In this document: in pieces, positions 16,353 to 24,719 of the stretch | Layout: every line of letters starts with the position of its first letter | Position numbering within the stretch: position 1 is the stretch's first letter | Source: Acidimicrobiia bacterium | GTDB lineage: Bacteria > Actinomycetota > Acidimicrobiia > Spongiisociales > ZC4RG35 | DNA: 39,322 nt | Direction of reading: 5' to 3' | Assembly (NCBI GenBank): GCA_031389635.1 | Contig: JANMST010000255.1 | Coordinates: 1 to 39,322 of the forward strand | Position numbers and translations under genes: made by a program | The notes under the pieces: model-generated | Database searches by the model: none | Told to the model about the DNA's origin: nothing | Seen by the model: only the letters and a program-made list of their open reading frames with translations

Positions 16353-17417
16353 ATGGCGACAACGATTCCGGTCATCTTGTCGGGCGGAGCGGGCAGGCGA
16401 CTGTGGCCGTTGTCCCGGCTCTCGGCTCCCAAGCAGTTGCAGCAGCTGCTCGGATCCGACACGATGCTGGAGTCGACCATCTCCCGGGTCGACCATCTCG
16501 ATGGTCCCATCGTCGTTGTGGCCAGCGTCGATTCTCTCGATCGCATTGCGGCCTCGATTCCTGCCGGTCGTCCGAGTCGTCTCATCGGCGAACCCATCGG
16601 TCGCAACACCGCGCCGGCCGTAGCAGCGGCCGCGCTCACAGCTTCGCCCGACGAAATGCTGCTGGTGCTGCCCGCCGACCATCACATCGCCGACCCGGCA
16701 GCCTTCCGGATTGCAGTCGAACTGGCGGTCGACGTGGCCTCCGGTGGCCGACTGGTGACCTTCGGTGTGGTTCCCGGGCGCCTCGAGACGGGATTCGGAT
16801 ACATCGTCCCGGAGGCGTTCGATGGAGTTGTCTCATCGCCAGTCGCGGTCCGTTCGATTGACCGCTTCGTCGAGAAGCCGGACGCTGCGATGGCAGCCGT
16901 CCTGATCGAGTCCGGGGCACTGTGGAATAGCGGGATGTTCGTATTCCCGGCGGGCCTGCTCATCGAGGAGTTGTCTCGACACGCCCCGGAGATCCTGACC
17001 CGGGTTGAAGAGTCCCTTCGTTCGTCGGTGTCGATCGACGATCATCCCGAGTTCAGGCGAATCGAGCTCGGGCCTGAGTTTGCCGCTGCCCCCGACGTCT
17101 CGATCGACGTGGCGGTTATGGAGCCAACCGACCTCGGCGCGGTGGTCTTGCTCGATGCGGGCTGGAATGACGTCGGATCGTGGGAGAGTCTTTGGGAGCT
17201 GAGTGAAAAGGACCCGACCGGCAACGTCACCATCGGTGAGGTCGTTGCTCTCGAGTCGTCCCGCAACTACCTCAGGTCGGAAGGACCGCTCATCGCGGTC
17301 ATAGGAGTAGAAGGACTGGTCGTGGTGGCGACCGACGACGCGGTTCTGGTGGTTCCCCGGGATCGGGCACAGGACGTCAAGAGCCTTGTCGAGGTGGTTC
17401 CCCCAAAAGCCAAGTAA
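16353..17417 (+). CDS. manC: Mannose-1-phosphate guanylyltransferase (GDP-mannose pyrophosphorylase)
   Basis: MATTIPVILSGGAGRRLWPLSR..PKQL is the NDP-sugar pyrophosphorylase signature of ManC/CpsB. ATG at 16353 is preferred over TTG at 16347. 354 aa, so no long C-terminal isomerase domain. Confidence 0.8.
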   Translation: MATTIPVILSGGAGRRLWPLSRLSAPKQLQQLLGSDTMLESTISRVDHLDGPIVVVASVDSLDRIAASIPAGRPSRLIGEPIGRNTAPAVAAAALTASPDEMLLVLPADHHIADPAAFRIAVELAVDVASGGRLVTFGVVPGRLETGFGYIVPEAFDGVVSSPVAVRSIDRFVEKPDAAMAAVLIESGALWNSGMFVFPAGLLIEELSRHAPEILTRVEESLRSSVSIDDHPEFRRIELGPEFAAAPDVSIDVAVMEPTDLGAVVLLDAGWNDVGSWESLWELSEKDPTGNVTIGEVVALESSRNYLRSEGPLIAVIGVEGLVVVATDDAVLVVPRDRAQDVKSLVEVVPPKAK

Positions 17418-17451
17418 CTCGAAACCAAGTAACTCGAAACCAAGCAACTCG
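17410..17451. repeat. 15-bp tandem repeat, about 2.8 copies
   Basis: CCAAGTAACTCGAAA twice (17410-17424 and 17425-17439), then CCAAGCAACTCG (17440-17451). The first unit contains the manC TAA stop (17415-17417). Confidence 0.9.
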
Positions 17452-17467
17452 TCGGGTCGGATCAGCC

Positions 17468-18286
17468 TCAGCCGACCAAGCGGAACTTTTCGAGAAGGGC
17501 TCGAGCCGGTTCCCCGGTTGCGACCAGGCCACCCCCGGCCGGCACGAGGGCGTGGCGGCCGCTCACCGCCAGCAGGTAGGACAGGCTGGCTCCTTTGACG
17601 AAGGCGTCGGGTTCGCCGTCCTGCGACTCGATCACGGCTTTGCCGTCTCTCATGACGACGTCGTGATCGACGCCACCGGACCCGCTCAGCGATAACCGCA
17701 GTCGTTGGCCGTCGGTGGCTCCCACCTTCTTGGCCCATGCCCACGGAGTTAACCGCACGGCCCGGCTGACCGCGACTTCTCGTGCTTTTGGCTCTCGTCC
17801 CATTGGCTCATTCGATTCTTTGATGTCCACATCGATCGCGGTTCTGATGTCGCACAGGTGGAGGAAGGCGTCATTGACCCGCATTTCCACGGCCACGCTT
17901 CGGGGAGCAGGCCCGACCGGAGTCAATGCCGCCTCGTTCCAGTCGAGGTCGGGGCTGCCCAGAAGCACGCTGGTTGCTGCCGCCGCCCGTTCTATCTCGT
18001 CGGTGACCCGGGCCGTTGACCAGGGGCGCCTCGCCGCTACCCCCTGGTTTGTGATTTGATCGAGAGGAGATCCCTCCCCGATCCAGCCGGCGGGTGGGTC
18101 GGGCTGATCGAAATGATGGGCCAGCATCCCTTCGACGTGCCCGAGATGAGCCAGCACGTCCTTGACGGACCAGCCGACACAAGGTGTGGGACGGTTCCAA
18201 TCGTCTGGTTCCAGGGAGGCCATCAATTTCGTGACTGCGGCCCAGATCTGATTGGCGGCGGCCGCCAGATCGCCGGATTCGTGCAT
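17468..18286 (-). CDS. Mycothiol-dependent maleylpyruvate isomerase family (DinB/MDMPI_N-like) protein with SCP2-like C-terminus
   Basis: 272 aa. N-terminus AAVTKLMASLEPDDWNRPTPCVGWSVKDVLAHLGHVEG is typical of the actinobacterial MDMPI N-terminal domain family. Confidence 0.6.
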   Translation of the reverse strand: MHESGDLAAAANQIWAAVTKLMASLEPDDWNRPTPCVGWSVKDVLAHLGHVEGMLAHHFDQPDPPAGWIGEGSPLDQITNQGVAARRPWSTARVTDEIERAAAATSVLLGSPDLDWNEAALTPVGPAPRSVAVEMRVNDAFLHLCDIRTAIDVDIKESNEPMGREPKAREVAVSRAVRLTPWAWAKKVGATDGQRLRLSLSGSGGVDHDVVMRDGKAVIESQDGEPDAFVKGASLSYLLAVSGRHALVPAGGGLVATGEPARALLEKFRLVG

Positions 18287-18325
18287 GAATTGATCTTAAG
18301 TACCTGGTTCCTAGCATCGCCCCAG

Positions 18326-18640
18326 ATGCCCAGGTCCCTTATCGCTGCGTGCCTGCTGGTCCTGGCCGCCTGCGCCGACCCGCCACCGCTGGAGGCTTCG
18401 GGCCAGGAGATCTACCAGCAGCTTTGTGCGAATTGCCATGCTGAGGACCTCAACGGAGGAGTCGGGCCGGCGATCGGGCCGGGATCGAATTCGGCGGCAC
18501 AGGACGATGACTTCCTGGTCTTGACCATTACCCGGGGCCGAGGGCCAATGCCCTCCTTTGAGGCGACTCTCAGCGACGAGCAGATCGCACGCGTTGTCGA
18601 ATACCTGCGGGCCCGGCAGGACTCGGACGAGTCCGGATGA
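18326..18640 (+). CDS. Lipoprotein c-type cytochrome (class I, monohaem)
   Basis: Start set at the ATG at 18326. Signal peptide with lipobox is MPRSLIAACLLVLAAC. Haem motif is CANCH, with distal Met in GPMPSF. 104 aa. Stop overlaps the menC start. Confidence 0.8.
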   Translation: MPRSLIAACLLVLAACADPPPLEASGQEIYQQLCANCHAEDLNGGVGPAIGPGSNSAAQDDDFLVLTITRGRGPMPSFEATLSDEQIARVVEYLRARQDSDESG

Positions 18641-19614
18641 CGGATGCCCCCGCCTCGAGTGCAGCTCTCGAAGCCCTCGAGTTGCATCCGGTCTCTATCC
18701 CGATGAAGTACCGCTTCCGACGGGTTGAGCGCCGCGACTCCGTCCTGATCAGAGGCCCGCAGGGCTGGGGCGAGTTTTCACCTTTTCCCGACTATCCACG
18801 CGAGGTGACAACGAGATGGTTGGCGGCGGCCCTGGAAGCCGCTTGTTCGATCTGGCCTTCGCCAGTGCGATCTTCGGTGCCGATCAATGTGACGGTGCCG
18901 GCCGTCGACGGACCGACCGCCTTTGACATCGTGGTCGAGTCTGGATGTCGCACTGCCAAAGTCAAGGTTGCCGATCCTGGCCAGACTCCCGAAGACGACG
19001 AAGAACGACTCGCTGCGGTCCGCGCCGCGCTCGGCCCCACGGGCAAGATCCGCATCGATGTGAACGGCGCCTGGGACCTGGAAACCGCGACCGAGACACT
19101 GCTGAAGCTTGCGTCCTACGACCTTGAATACGTCGAGCAGCCGGTGCGTACCCTGGAGGAAATGATCGAGCTCCGACGAAGGGTCCCCGTCCGGATTGCC
19201 GCCGATGAAGCAGTCCGACTCGCGGCCGATCCGCTCGAGGTTGCCGAGAGAGGGGCAGCCGATGTGATCGTGCTGAAGGTTCAACCCCTGGGCGGTGTCG
19301 AGCGGGCCCTGGGTGTGGCGCAACGCTCCGGTCTACCGGCGGTTGTCTCGTCGGCGCTCGAGACGTCGATAGGAATTGCCGCTGGTCTGGCTGCAGCCGC
19401 GGCGCTTCCCCAGCTCGACTTTGCCTGTGGTCTCGGAACCGTTTCACTTTTCACCGGCGACGTGGTCCTCGACTCACTTCTCCCGATCGATGGCCGGATG
19501 GAGTTGCGACGCCCGGAGCCGGATCCGGCATTGCTCGAACGGTTCGCGGCCGATCGGGACACGTCGGCCGAACTGCTCCGCCGCCTGCGCTGGGCGGCCG
19601 AGGTGCTGACGTGA
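18637..19614 (+). CDS. menC: o-Succinylbenzoate synthase (enolase superfamily)
   Basis: 325 aa. KVKV, IRIDVNGAW, LEYVEQP and IAADE metal/acid-base motifs appear in MenC order. ATGA overlap with the upstream gene and GTGA overlap with menD. Confidence 0.85.
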   Translation: MTDAPASSAALEALELHPVSIPMKYRFRRVERRDSVLIRGPQGWGEFSPFPDYPREVTTRWLAAALEAACSIWPSPVRSSVPINVTVPAVDGPTAFDIVVESGCRTAKVKVADPGQTPEDDEERLAAVRAALGPTGKIRIDVNGAWDLETATETLLKLASYDLEYVEQPVRTLEEMIELRRRVPVRIAADEAVRLAADPLEVAERGAADVIVLKVQPLGGVERALGVAQRSGLPAVVSSALETSIGIAAGLAAAAALPQLDFACGLGTVSLFTGDVVLDSLLPIDGRMELRRPEPDPALLERFAADRDTSAELLRRLRWAAEVLT

Positions 19615-21305
19615 CGACACCCCGGAGAGATGTCGGCCTGGCACCCAACGGCGCCACAGCCACCGCATCGGTGATCATCGACGAGTTGATCCGCAATGGG
19701 GTTCGAGATCTCGTGCTGGCCCCCGGCTCGCGCTCGGCCCCGATGGCACTCGCCGCCGGCGCCCGCCCCGAGCTGCGAGTCTGGGTCGAGGTCGACGAAA
19801 GGTCGGCGGGCTTCTTTGCGCTGGGACTGTCGAAGGCCGGCCGGCGATCGGCGGTGTTGACGACCTCGGGCACTGCCGCCGCCAATCTTCACCCGGCCGC
19901 GGTCGAAGCGGACCTGGCGATGGTCCCGCTGGTCTTGATAACCGCCGATCGACCCCACGAGTTGCGGGCGACGGGCGCCAACCAGACCATCGATCAGGTG
20001 AAGCTCTTCTCGAGCGTGGTCCGGTGGTTCGCCGAGATCACCCCCGCCGAGGACCGGGCGGGCGAGAGCAGCTATTGGCGGTCGGTGGTATGCCGGGCGA
20101 TCGCCGAGTCACAAGGCCGGGTCGGACGGCGCGGGCCGGTTCACGTCAACGTGTCGTTCCGGGAACCTGTGGTGCCTCTCACCGACGATGGCAGGACCTC
20201 GGGGTTGATCTACCGGAACTCCCTGGAGGGCCGCGGATCGGGCCAGCCGTGGGTGGCAGTTGCCGACGCGCCGTCGCCGTTGCCGCAACCGTACGAAGTG
20301 CGGGGACGGGTGCTGGTGGTGGCGGGGGAGGGCGCCGATCTCACGGCGGTCACGGCGGCGCTGGAAGCCGGCTGTGTCGTTGTGGCCGAAGCCCACAGTG
20401 GATGCCGCGTCCCCGGGACCGTAACCACCGCCCATCACCTGTTGGCTTCCCCGAGCCTGGCCCGCAGTCTCCGACCGGACAAGGTCGTCGTGCTGGGACG
20501 GGCCGGGCTCTCCCGCAACCTCATGGCTTTGATCTCGACCGTGGAGACAATCGGAGTCGGGGATGGTTGGTTCGATCCGGATCGACAGTTATCGGGCATG
20601 CTCCGGTCGATCTCGTTCGTCGGAAGGGAGCCCGATTCGGAATGGCTCTCGAACTGGGAGCAAGCCGAATCGAACGCCCGCCGGATTCTCGACACCGAAC
20701 TCGACGCGATCGAGACACCGAGCGAGCCACGAGCGGCCCGCGACGTAGCCGCGGCCATCGCGGCCGGAGGGACCCTGGTCGTGGGCTCGTCGATGCCGGT
20801 ACGAGACCTCGACTGGTTTTCGAGGACCGCTCCACCGATGAAGGTGATTTCGAACCGGGGTGCCTCCGGGATCGACGGGTTGGTGTCGGTGGCCCTTGGG
20901 GCTGGTGCCGTCGGGCCTTCCGTTGCCCTGGTCGGGGACCTGTCGCTCCTGCACGATCAGAACGGATTCCTGGTGGCCCCCCGACCCGACCTGGTGTTGG
21001 TCGTTGTCAACAACGACGGCGGCGGGATATTTTCGTTTCTGCCCCAGGCAGGCTTCCCCGAATCCTTCGAGCAGCTTTTCGGCACTCCCACCGGCATCGA
21101 CCTCGCCAGACTCGCCGATGTGTACGGGCTCGCCTACGACCATGTCGAGAAGGCGTCCGAACTGGCGTCGGCCGTCAGCAGCGGCCTTGAGGCGAGCGGG
21201 GTCCGCCTGATCGAGATCAAAACCGACCGTGGCGAGAACGTGAGTCTCCACCGGAAGCTGACCGCGCGAGTTGTCGAGGCGGTCGAACCGTTATTCGAGC
21301 GCTGA
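19611..21305 (+). CDS. menD: SEPHCHC synthase (2-succinyl-5-enolpyruvyl-6-hydroxy-3-cyclohexene-1-carboxylate synthase), ThDP-dependent
   Basis: 564 aa. N-terminus IDELIRNGVRDLVLAPGSRSAPMALA and GDLSLLHD...NNDGGGIF (ThDP-binding motif) are typical of MenD. Confidence 0.9.
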   Translation: MTTPRRDVGLAPNGATATASVIIDELIRNGVRDLVLAPGSRSAPMALAAGARPELRVWVEVDERSAGFFALGLSKAGRRSAVLTTSGTAAANLHPAAVEADLAMVPLVLITADRPHELRATGANQTIDQVKLFSSVVRWFAEITPAEDRAGESSYWRSVVCRAIAESQGRVGRRGPVHVNVSFREPVVPLTDDGRTSGLIYRNSLEGRGSGQPWVAVADAPSPLPQPYEVRGRVLVVAGEGADLTAVTAALEAGCVVVAEAHSGCRVPGTVTTAHHLLASPSLARSLRPDKVVVLGRAGLSRNLMALISTVETIGVGDGWFDPDRQLSGMLRSISFVGREPDSEWLSNWEQAESNARRILDTELDAIETPSEPRAARDVAAAIAAGGTLVVGSSMPVRDLDWFSRTAPPMKVISNRGASGIDGLVSVALGAGAVGPSVALVGDLSLLHDQNGFLVAPRPDLVLVVVNNDGGGIFSFLPQAGFPESFEQLFGTPTGIDLARLADVYGLAYDHVEKASELASAVSSGLEASGVRLIEIKTDRGENVSLHRKLTARVVEAVEPLFER

Positions 21306-22496
21306 CAGCATCGCCTGCAGCTTGATCCGGGTCTCCTCCAATTCGTCCTCGGGCACCGATCCGGTGACCAAACCGGCGCCGGCGAAGAGCCGGGCTCTTG
21401 CTCCCGAGACCTCGGCGCATCTCAAGGCGATGGCGAATTCTCCGTCACCCGAGGAATCGAAGATGCCGACCGGGCCGGCGTAGCGTCCCCGGTCCATTCC
21501 TTCCAGCGATCTGATCATCTCGACGGCCGCAACGGTAGGAGTCCCTCCCACCGCGGCGGTCGGATGCAACCTTCCGACCAGGTCGAGCACGTGGTGGGAT
21601 TCGGCCATGATTCCTGAAAAAGGAGTTGCCAGGTGCTGGACGTTCGCCAGCTTCAACAGACCAGGCTTGGCAGCGCGATCGAGTGACGTACAAACCTCAC
21701 CGAGAGCCCGTCCTACCGAAGCCGAGGCGAGGGCGTGTTCGTGGAGGTCCTTCCGTGAAGCCAGCAACCCGGATCCGAGCCGCTCGTCCGCCACCGGGTC
21801 GGGGTCACGCCGGGCCGAACCTGCCAGAGCCAGAGAGGTGACGGCGTTTCCGATCCTCCGAATCAGCAGCTCCGGAGATGCTCCGACCAGCCCGTCGACC
21901 AGATACACCATGCATTCGGGGAAGCCTCGATGGAGCTTGCTCAAAACCCGATGAAGTTCGAAAGGTTCCTTCGACCAGAGAGCGTGGTCGCGGGCCAGAA
22001 CCACTTTCTCCAACCTGCCGGTCTCGATCTCCTTGATGGCCCTTGCCACAGCCTCGAGCCAGAGGTGATCGGGCAGCGAGGACCCGGCGAAGCGAGGACG
22101 GTCGGATTGGAGACCGTGAGACGCGGGCACCGCCTCACCCCACGTCTGACTCTGGGGCCCATGGCGGATCAGCCACGACGATTCGCGCCGGGACGCGAAG
22201 ACAACCTCGGGGACGACCACAACCGAGGGCGAGGACTCCTCGTCGAACGTGAAGCTGGCGAAGGCGTAGGGCCCACCCGGCGCAGACTCATCGGACTGGA
22301 CCGGGGCCTGGTCGGCCGCCCACTCGGCGAACATCCATCGGGCTCGCTCGAAGCGACCCGGACCGACTCCGGGATCGAGTCGAAGGCGTTGACCGAACCC
22401 GGCCAGCGTCAGCTCGGGTGAGATCCACACGGTGTGGGGCCGACGCGCCAGGGCACCTTCGATGGTGATCTCAGTCGGTTCGATTCGGATGGTCAT
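21291..22496 (-). CDS. menF: Isochorismate synthase
   Basis: 401 aa. Chorismate-binding C-terminal region contains HPTAAVGGTP, MDRGRYAGPVG, FAIALRCA and AGAGLV. Its 3' end overlaps the menD 3' end by 15 nt (convergent). Confidence 0.85.
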   Translation of the reverse strand: MTIRIEPTEITIEGALARRPHTVWISPELTLAGFGQRLRLDPGVGPGRFERARWMFAEWAADQAPVQSDESAPGGPYAFASFTFDEESSPSVVVVPEVVFASRRESSWLIRHGPQSQTWGEAVPASHGLQSDRPRFAGSSLPDHLWLEAVARAIKEIETGRLEKVVLARDHALWSKEPFELHRVLSKLHRGFPECMVYLVDGLVGASPELLIRRIGNAVTSLALAGSARRDPDPVADERLGSGLLASRKDLHEHALASASVGRALGEVCTSLDRAAKPGLLKLANVQHLATPFSGIMAESHHVLDLVGRLHPTAAVGGTPTVAAVEMIRSLEGMDRGRYAGPVGIFDSSGDGEFAIALRCAEVSGARARLFAGAGLVTGSVPEDELEETRIKLQAMLSALE

Positions 22497-23008
22497 GGGT
22501 CTCCCGCCAGGCGCCGCCGCGCCTCTTCAATCAGAAGTCGCCGAAAGTGACGATCGACGAGGCGTCCCGTGGCGGGGAGCATCGTTGTGAACGAGGCGAC
22601 CAACTTCTTGACAGCCTCCTCGTCGCTGCTGGCGTTGGCTTCGACGGAGTCCCTGACGTAGCGAGCGAACACTTCGACGGCCCGCTCGGCGATAGGTCGC
22701 ATGGCGGTGTCGGTGCGGCGGGCGAGGTCGAGCAATTCTCCGAGGGGCAGTCCGGCCTCGACCAATGCCAGCCCGGCCTTGAGCGTTTCGGCATCGGACA
22801 ACTCAAAGAGTGGCTCGGGGTCTTCCTGGACCGGGGTGAGGAAGCCCTCGCGGATCACAACTTCGAGAAGTGTGGTCGAGAAGTTCGACGCTTCGGCCAA
22901 CTCGGGCAAAGTCAGCAGCTGTTCCTGGGGATTCCGCTCCAAGGCCGCCAGGAGCGCCTCGTCCCACGGGTCCAAATCGCTAAATTCCGTTGGGGTGGCG
23001 CTGCTCAC
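22493..23008 (-). CDS. Hypothetical protein, possible MerR-like HTH N-terminus
   Basis: 171 aa with a GTG start. LTLPELAEASNFSTTLLEVVIREGFL resembles a MerR-type HTH. Its stop overlaps the menF start (ATGA at 22493-22496). Confidence 0.55.
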   Translation of the reverse strand: MSSATPTEFSDLDPWDEALLAALERNPQEQLLTLPELAEASNFSTTLLEVVIREGFLTPVQEDPEPLFELSDAETLKAGLALVEAGLPLGELLDLARRTDTAMRPIAERAVEVFARYVRDSVEANASSDEEAVKKLVASFTTMLPATGRLVDRHFRRLLIEEARRRLAGDP

Positions 23009-23015
23009 TGTTCCG

Positions 23016-23145
23016 CCAAGGTTACGGCTGTGACGGGCCGGTCGATTCCGGTCAGTTCTCTCATGATCTTCCCGGTATCGCCAAGGTTACGGCTGTGATG
23101 GGCCGGTCGATTCCGGTCAGTTCCCTCATGATCTTCTCGGTATCG
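23016..23145. repeat. 65-bp direct tandem duplication (2 units, 62/65 identical) spanning the murI 3' end
   Basis: Unit 1 is 23016-23080 and unit 2 is 23081-23145. They differ at 3 positions (C/T at 23034/23099, T/C at 23059/23124, C/T at 23071/23136). Confidence 0.95.
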
Positions 23146-23879
23146 GCCGCGTTACCGGTCGTGATGAGTCGAAGGCCACCGGTTCCATTGGGCTCGGTCG
23201 ATTCCCCGGCCAGGACAACAACCTGTCTTGCCACAGCGCGGGCCGGATCGACGATGGCAACGTGGGCGCCGGCCCTGGCCGAGATGAGGTGACGCAGAAA
23301 CGGGTAGTGGGTGCAGCCGAGAACCAACGTGTCGGCCCCTGCCTCCAGGACCGGGTCGAGGTGATGAGCGACGGCCGCTTCGGCCACGGGTCCCGATGTC
23401 ACTCCGGTCTCCACCAGGTCGGCCCAGCCCGGGCAGGCCTGATTGATGACAGTCACCCCATCGGCAAACCGGCCGACGACCGAGGCGAACAACTCACCCT
23501 GGAATGTGGCGGCCGTGGCCAGCACTCCGACCACCTTGCTTCGGGTCAGAGCGGCGGCGGGTTTCACGGCGGGTTCCATGCCGACAAAAGGCACGCCGGG
23601 ATGGATCGAACGTAGATGGTGAAGGGCCGCGGCGGAGGCGGTGTTGCAAGCAACCACGATCAAGCCCGCACCCAGATGGAGAAGGTGGGCCGTGCAGGCC
23701 TCGGCGAGCCCGCGGACCTCCTCCAGTGATCGCTGCCCGTAGGGAGCGTTGCCACGATCAGCCAGGTATGTCACATCTGGACCGGGGAGGAGTCGGCGGA
23801 TCTCGGACAACACCGAGAGACCGCCAACGCCTGAGTCGAACACGCCGATCATTGCGGAAGGGCGAGGGTCCCCCGCCAA
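23061..23879 (-). CDS. murI: Glutamate racemase
   Basis: 272 aa. Contains GVFDSGVGGLSV, VVACNTASA and LGCTHYP (the two catalytic Cys motifs). The C-terminal residues AIPGRS are read from the duplicated unit in a shifted frame. Confidence 0.9.
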   Translation of the reverse strand: MAGDPRPSAMIGVFDSGVGGLSVLSEIRRLLPGPDVTYLADRGNAPYGQRSLEEVRGLAEACTAHLLHLGAGLIVVACNTASAAALHHLRSIHPGVPFVGMEPAVKPAAALTRSKVVGVLATAATFQGELFASVVGRFADGVTVINQACPGWADLVETGVTSGPVAEAAVAHHLDPVLEAGADTLVLGCTHYPFLRHLISARAGAHVAIVDPARAVARQVVVLAGESTEPNGTGGLRLITTGNAADTEKIMRELTGIDRPITAVTLAIPGRS

Positions 23880-23938
23880 TTAGCTGCCATTTGCCTCACG
23901 AGTATCGTCGGCCGGGCCCTCAATCAAGGAGAACCTGA

Positions 23939-24700
23939 ATGGACCTGACAGGAGTCGTGGCGCTGGTGACAGGTGGAGCCTCGGGGCTCGGGGCCGCCAC
24001 CGTCCGTCGTTTGGCAGCTGCCGGAGCTCATGTGGTGATCGCCGATCTCCAGGACGACAAGGGAGATGCGCTGGCCGCCGAGGTCGGGGGCGGATATAGC
24101 CACACCGACGTTACCAACGAGTCTCAGGTCCAGGTTGCCGTCGAAGTGGCGATGGAGGCGGGACCGCTCCGAGCCCTTGTCAACTGTGCAGGCATCGCCC
24201 CGCCTGCCCGCACTCTGAATCGAGACGGGTCACCCCACGACCTGGGCCACTTCAAATCGCTGATCGAGATCAACCTGGTCGGTACCTTCAACACCATTCG
24301 ACTGGCAGCTGCGGCCATGGCCCGGACCGAGGCGATGGCCGACGGGCAGCGAGGAGCAATCGTCAACACTGCCTCGGTGGCGGCCTACGACGGCCAGATT
24401 GGGCAGGCAGCGTATTCGGCCTCGAAGGGTGGAATCGTCGGGATGACATTGCCGATTGCCAGAGACCTCTCGGCGGTCGGCATCCGGGTCAACACGATCG
24501 CGCCGGGGATAATGGACACGCCTTTGCTGGCGGGATTGCCCGAGCCTGCCCGGGAGTCGTTGGGCCAGCAGGTCCTATTTCCGAAGAGGCTGGGAACCCC
24601 GGAGGAGTATGCCGAAGCCGCCTATTTCCTCTTGACCCACGACTACATGAACGCCGAAACCATTCGAATGGACGGCGGAATCAGAATGGCCCCGAAGTAA
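23939..24700 (+). CDS. Short-chain dehydrogenase, 3-hydroxyacyl-CoA dehydrogenase type-2 (HSD10)-like
   Basis: 253 aa. Contains [34 protein letters not shown] and the C-terminal [11 protein letters not shown]. Confidence 0.8.
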   Translation: MDLTGVVALVTGGASGLGAATVRRLAAAGAHVVIADLQDDKGDALAAEVGGGYSHTDVTNESQVQVAVEVAMEAGPLRALVNCAGIAPPARTLNRDGSPHDLGHFKSLIEINLVGTFNTIRLAAAAMARTEAMADGQRGAIVNTASVAAYDGQIGQAAYSASKGGIVGMTLPIARDLSAVGIRVNTIAPGIMDTPLLAGLPEPARESLGQQVLFPKRLGTPEEYAEAAYFLLTHDYMNAETIRMDGGIRMAPK

Positions 24701-24719
24701 GGCGCAGTTGCTAAACCGC

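Noticed and set aside
15812-16861. 349-aa plus-strand ORF spanning the mgs/manC junction; also 16833-17744(-) and 16170-16685(-)
   Set aside because: These overlap two genes with clear family motifs. Their translations are Arg/Gly/Pro-rich, so I treat them as shadow ORFs.
17410-17451. Possible CRISPR-like array (also considered for 9121-9158 and 23016-23145)
   Set aside because: These repeats are directly tandem with no spacers, there are only 2-3 units, and no cas genes are in the window.
20024-21190. 388-aa alternative-frame ORF inside menD; also 20589-21251(-)
   Set aside because: The menD frame carries the ThDP-binding motif and full-length similarity. The alternative frame is Arg/Gly-rich nonsense.
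21291-21305. 15-nt 3'-end overlap of convergent menD and menF as a possible antisense regulatory feature
   Set aside because: Short convergent overlaps are common in compact GC-rich genomes, and no additional structure is visible there.
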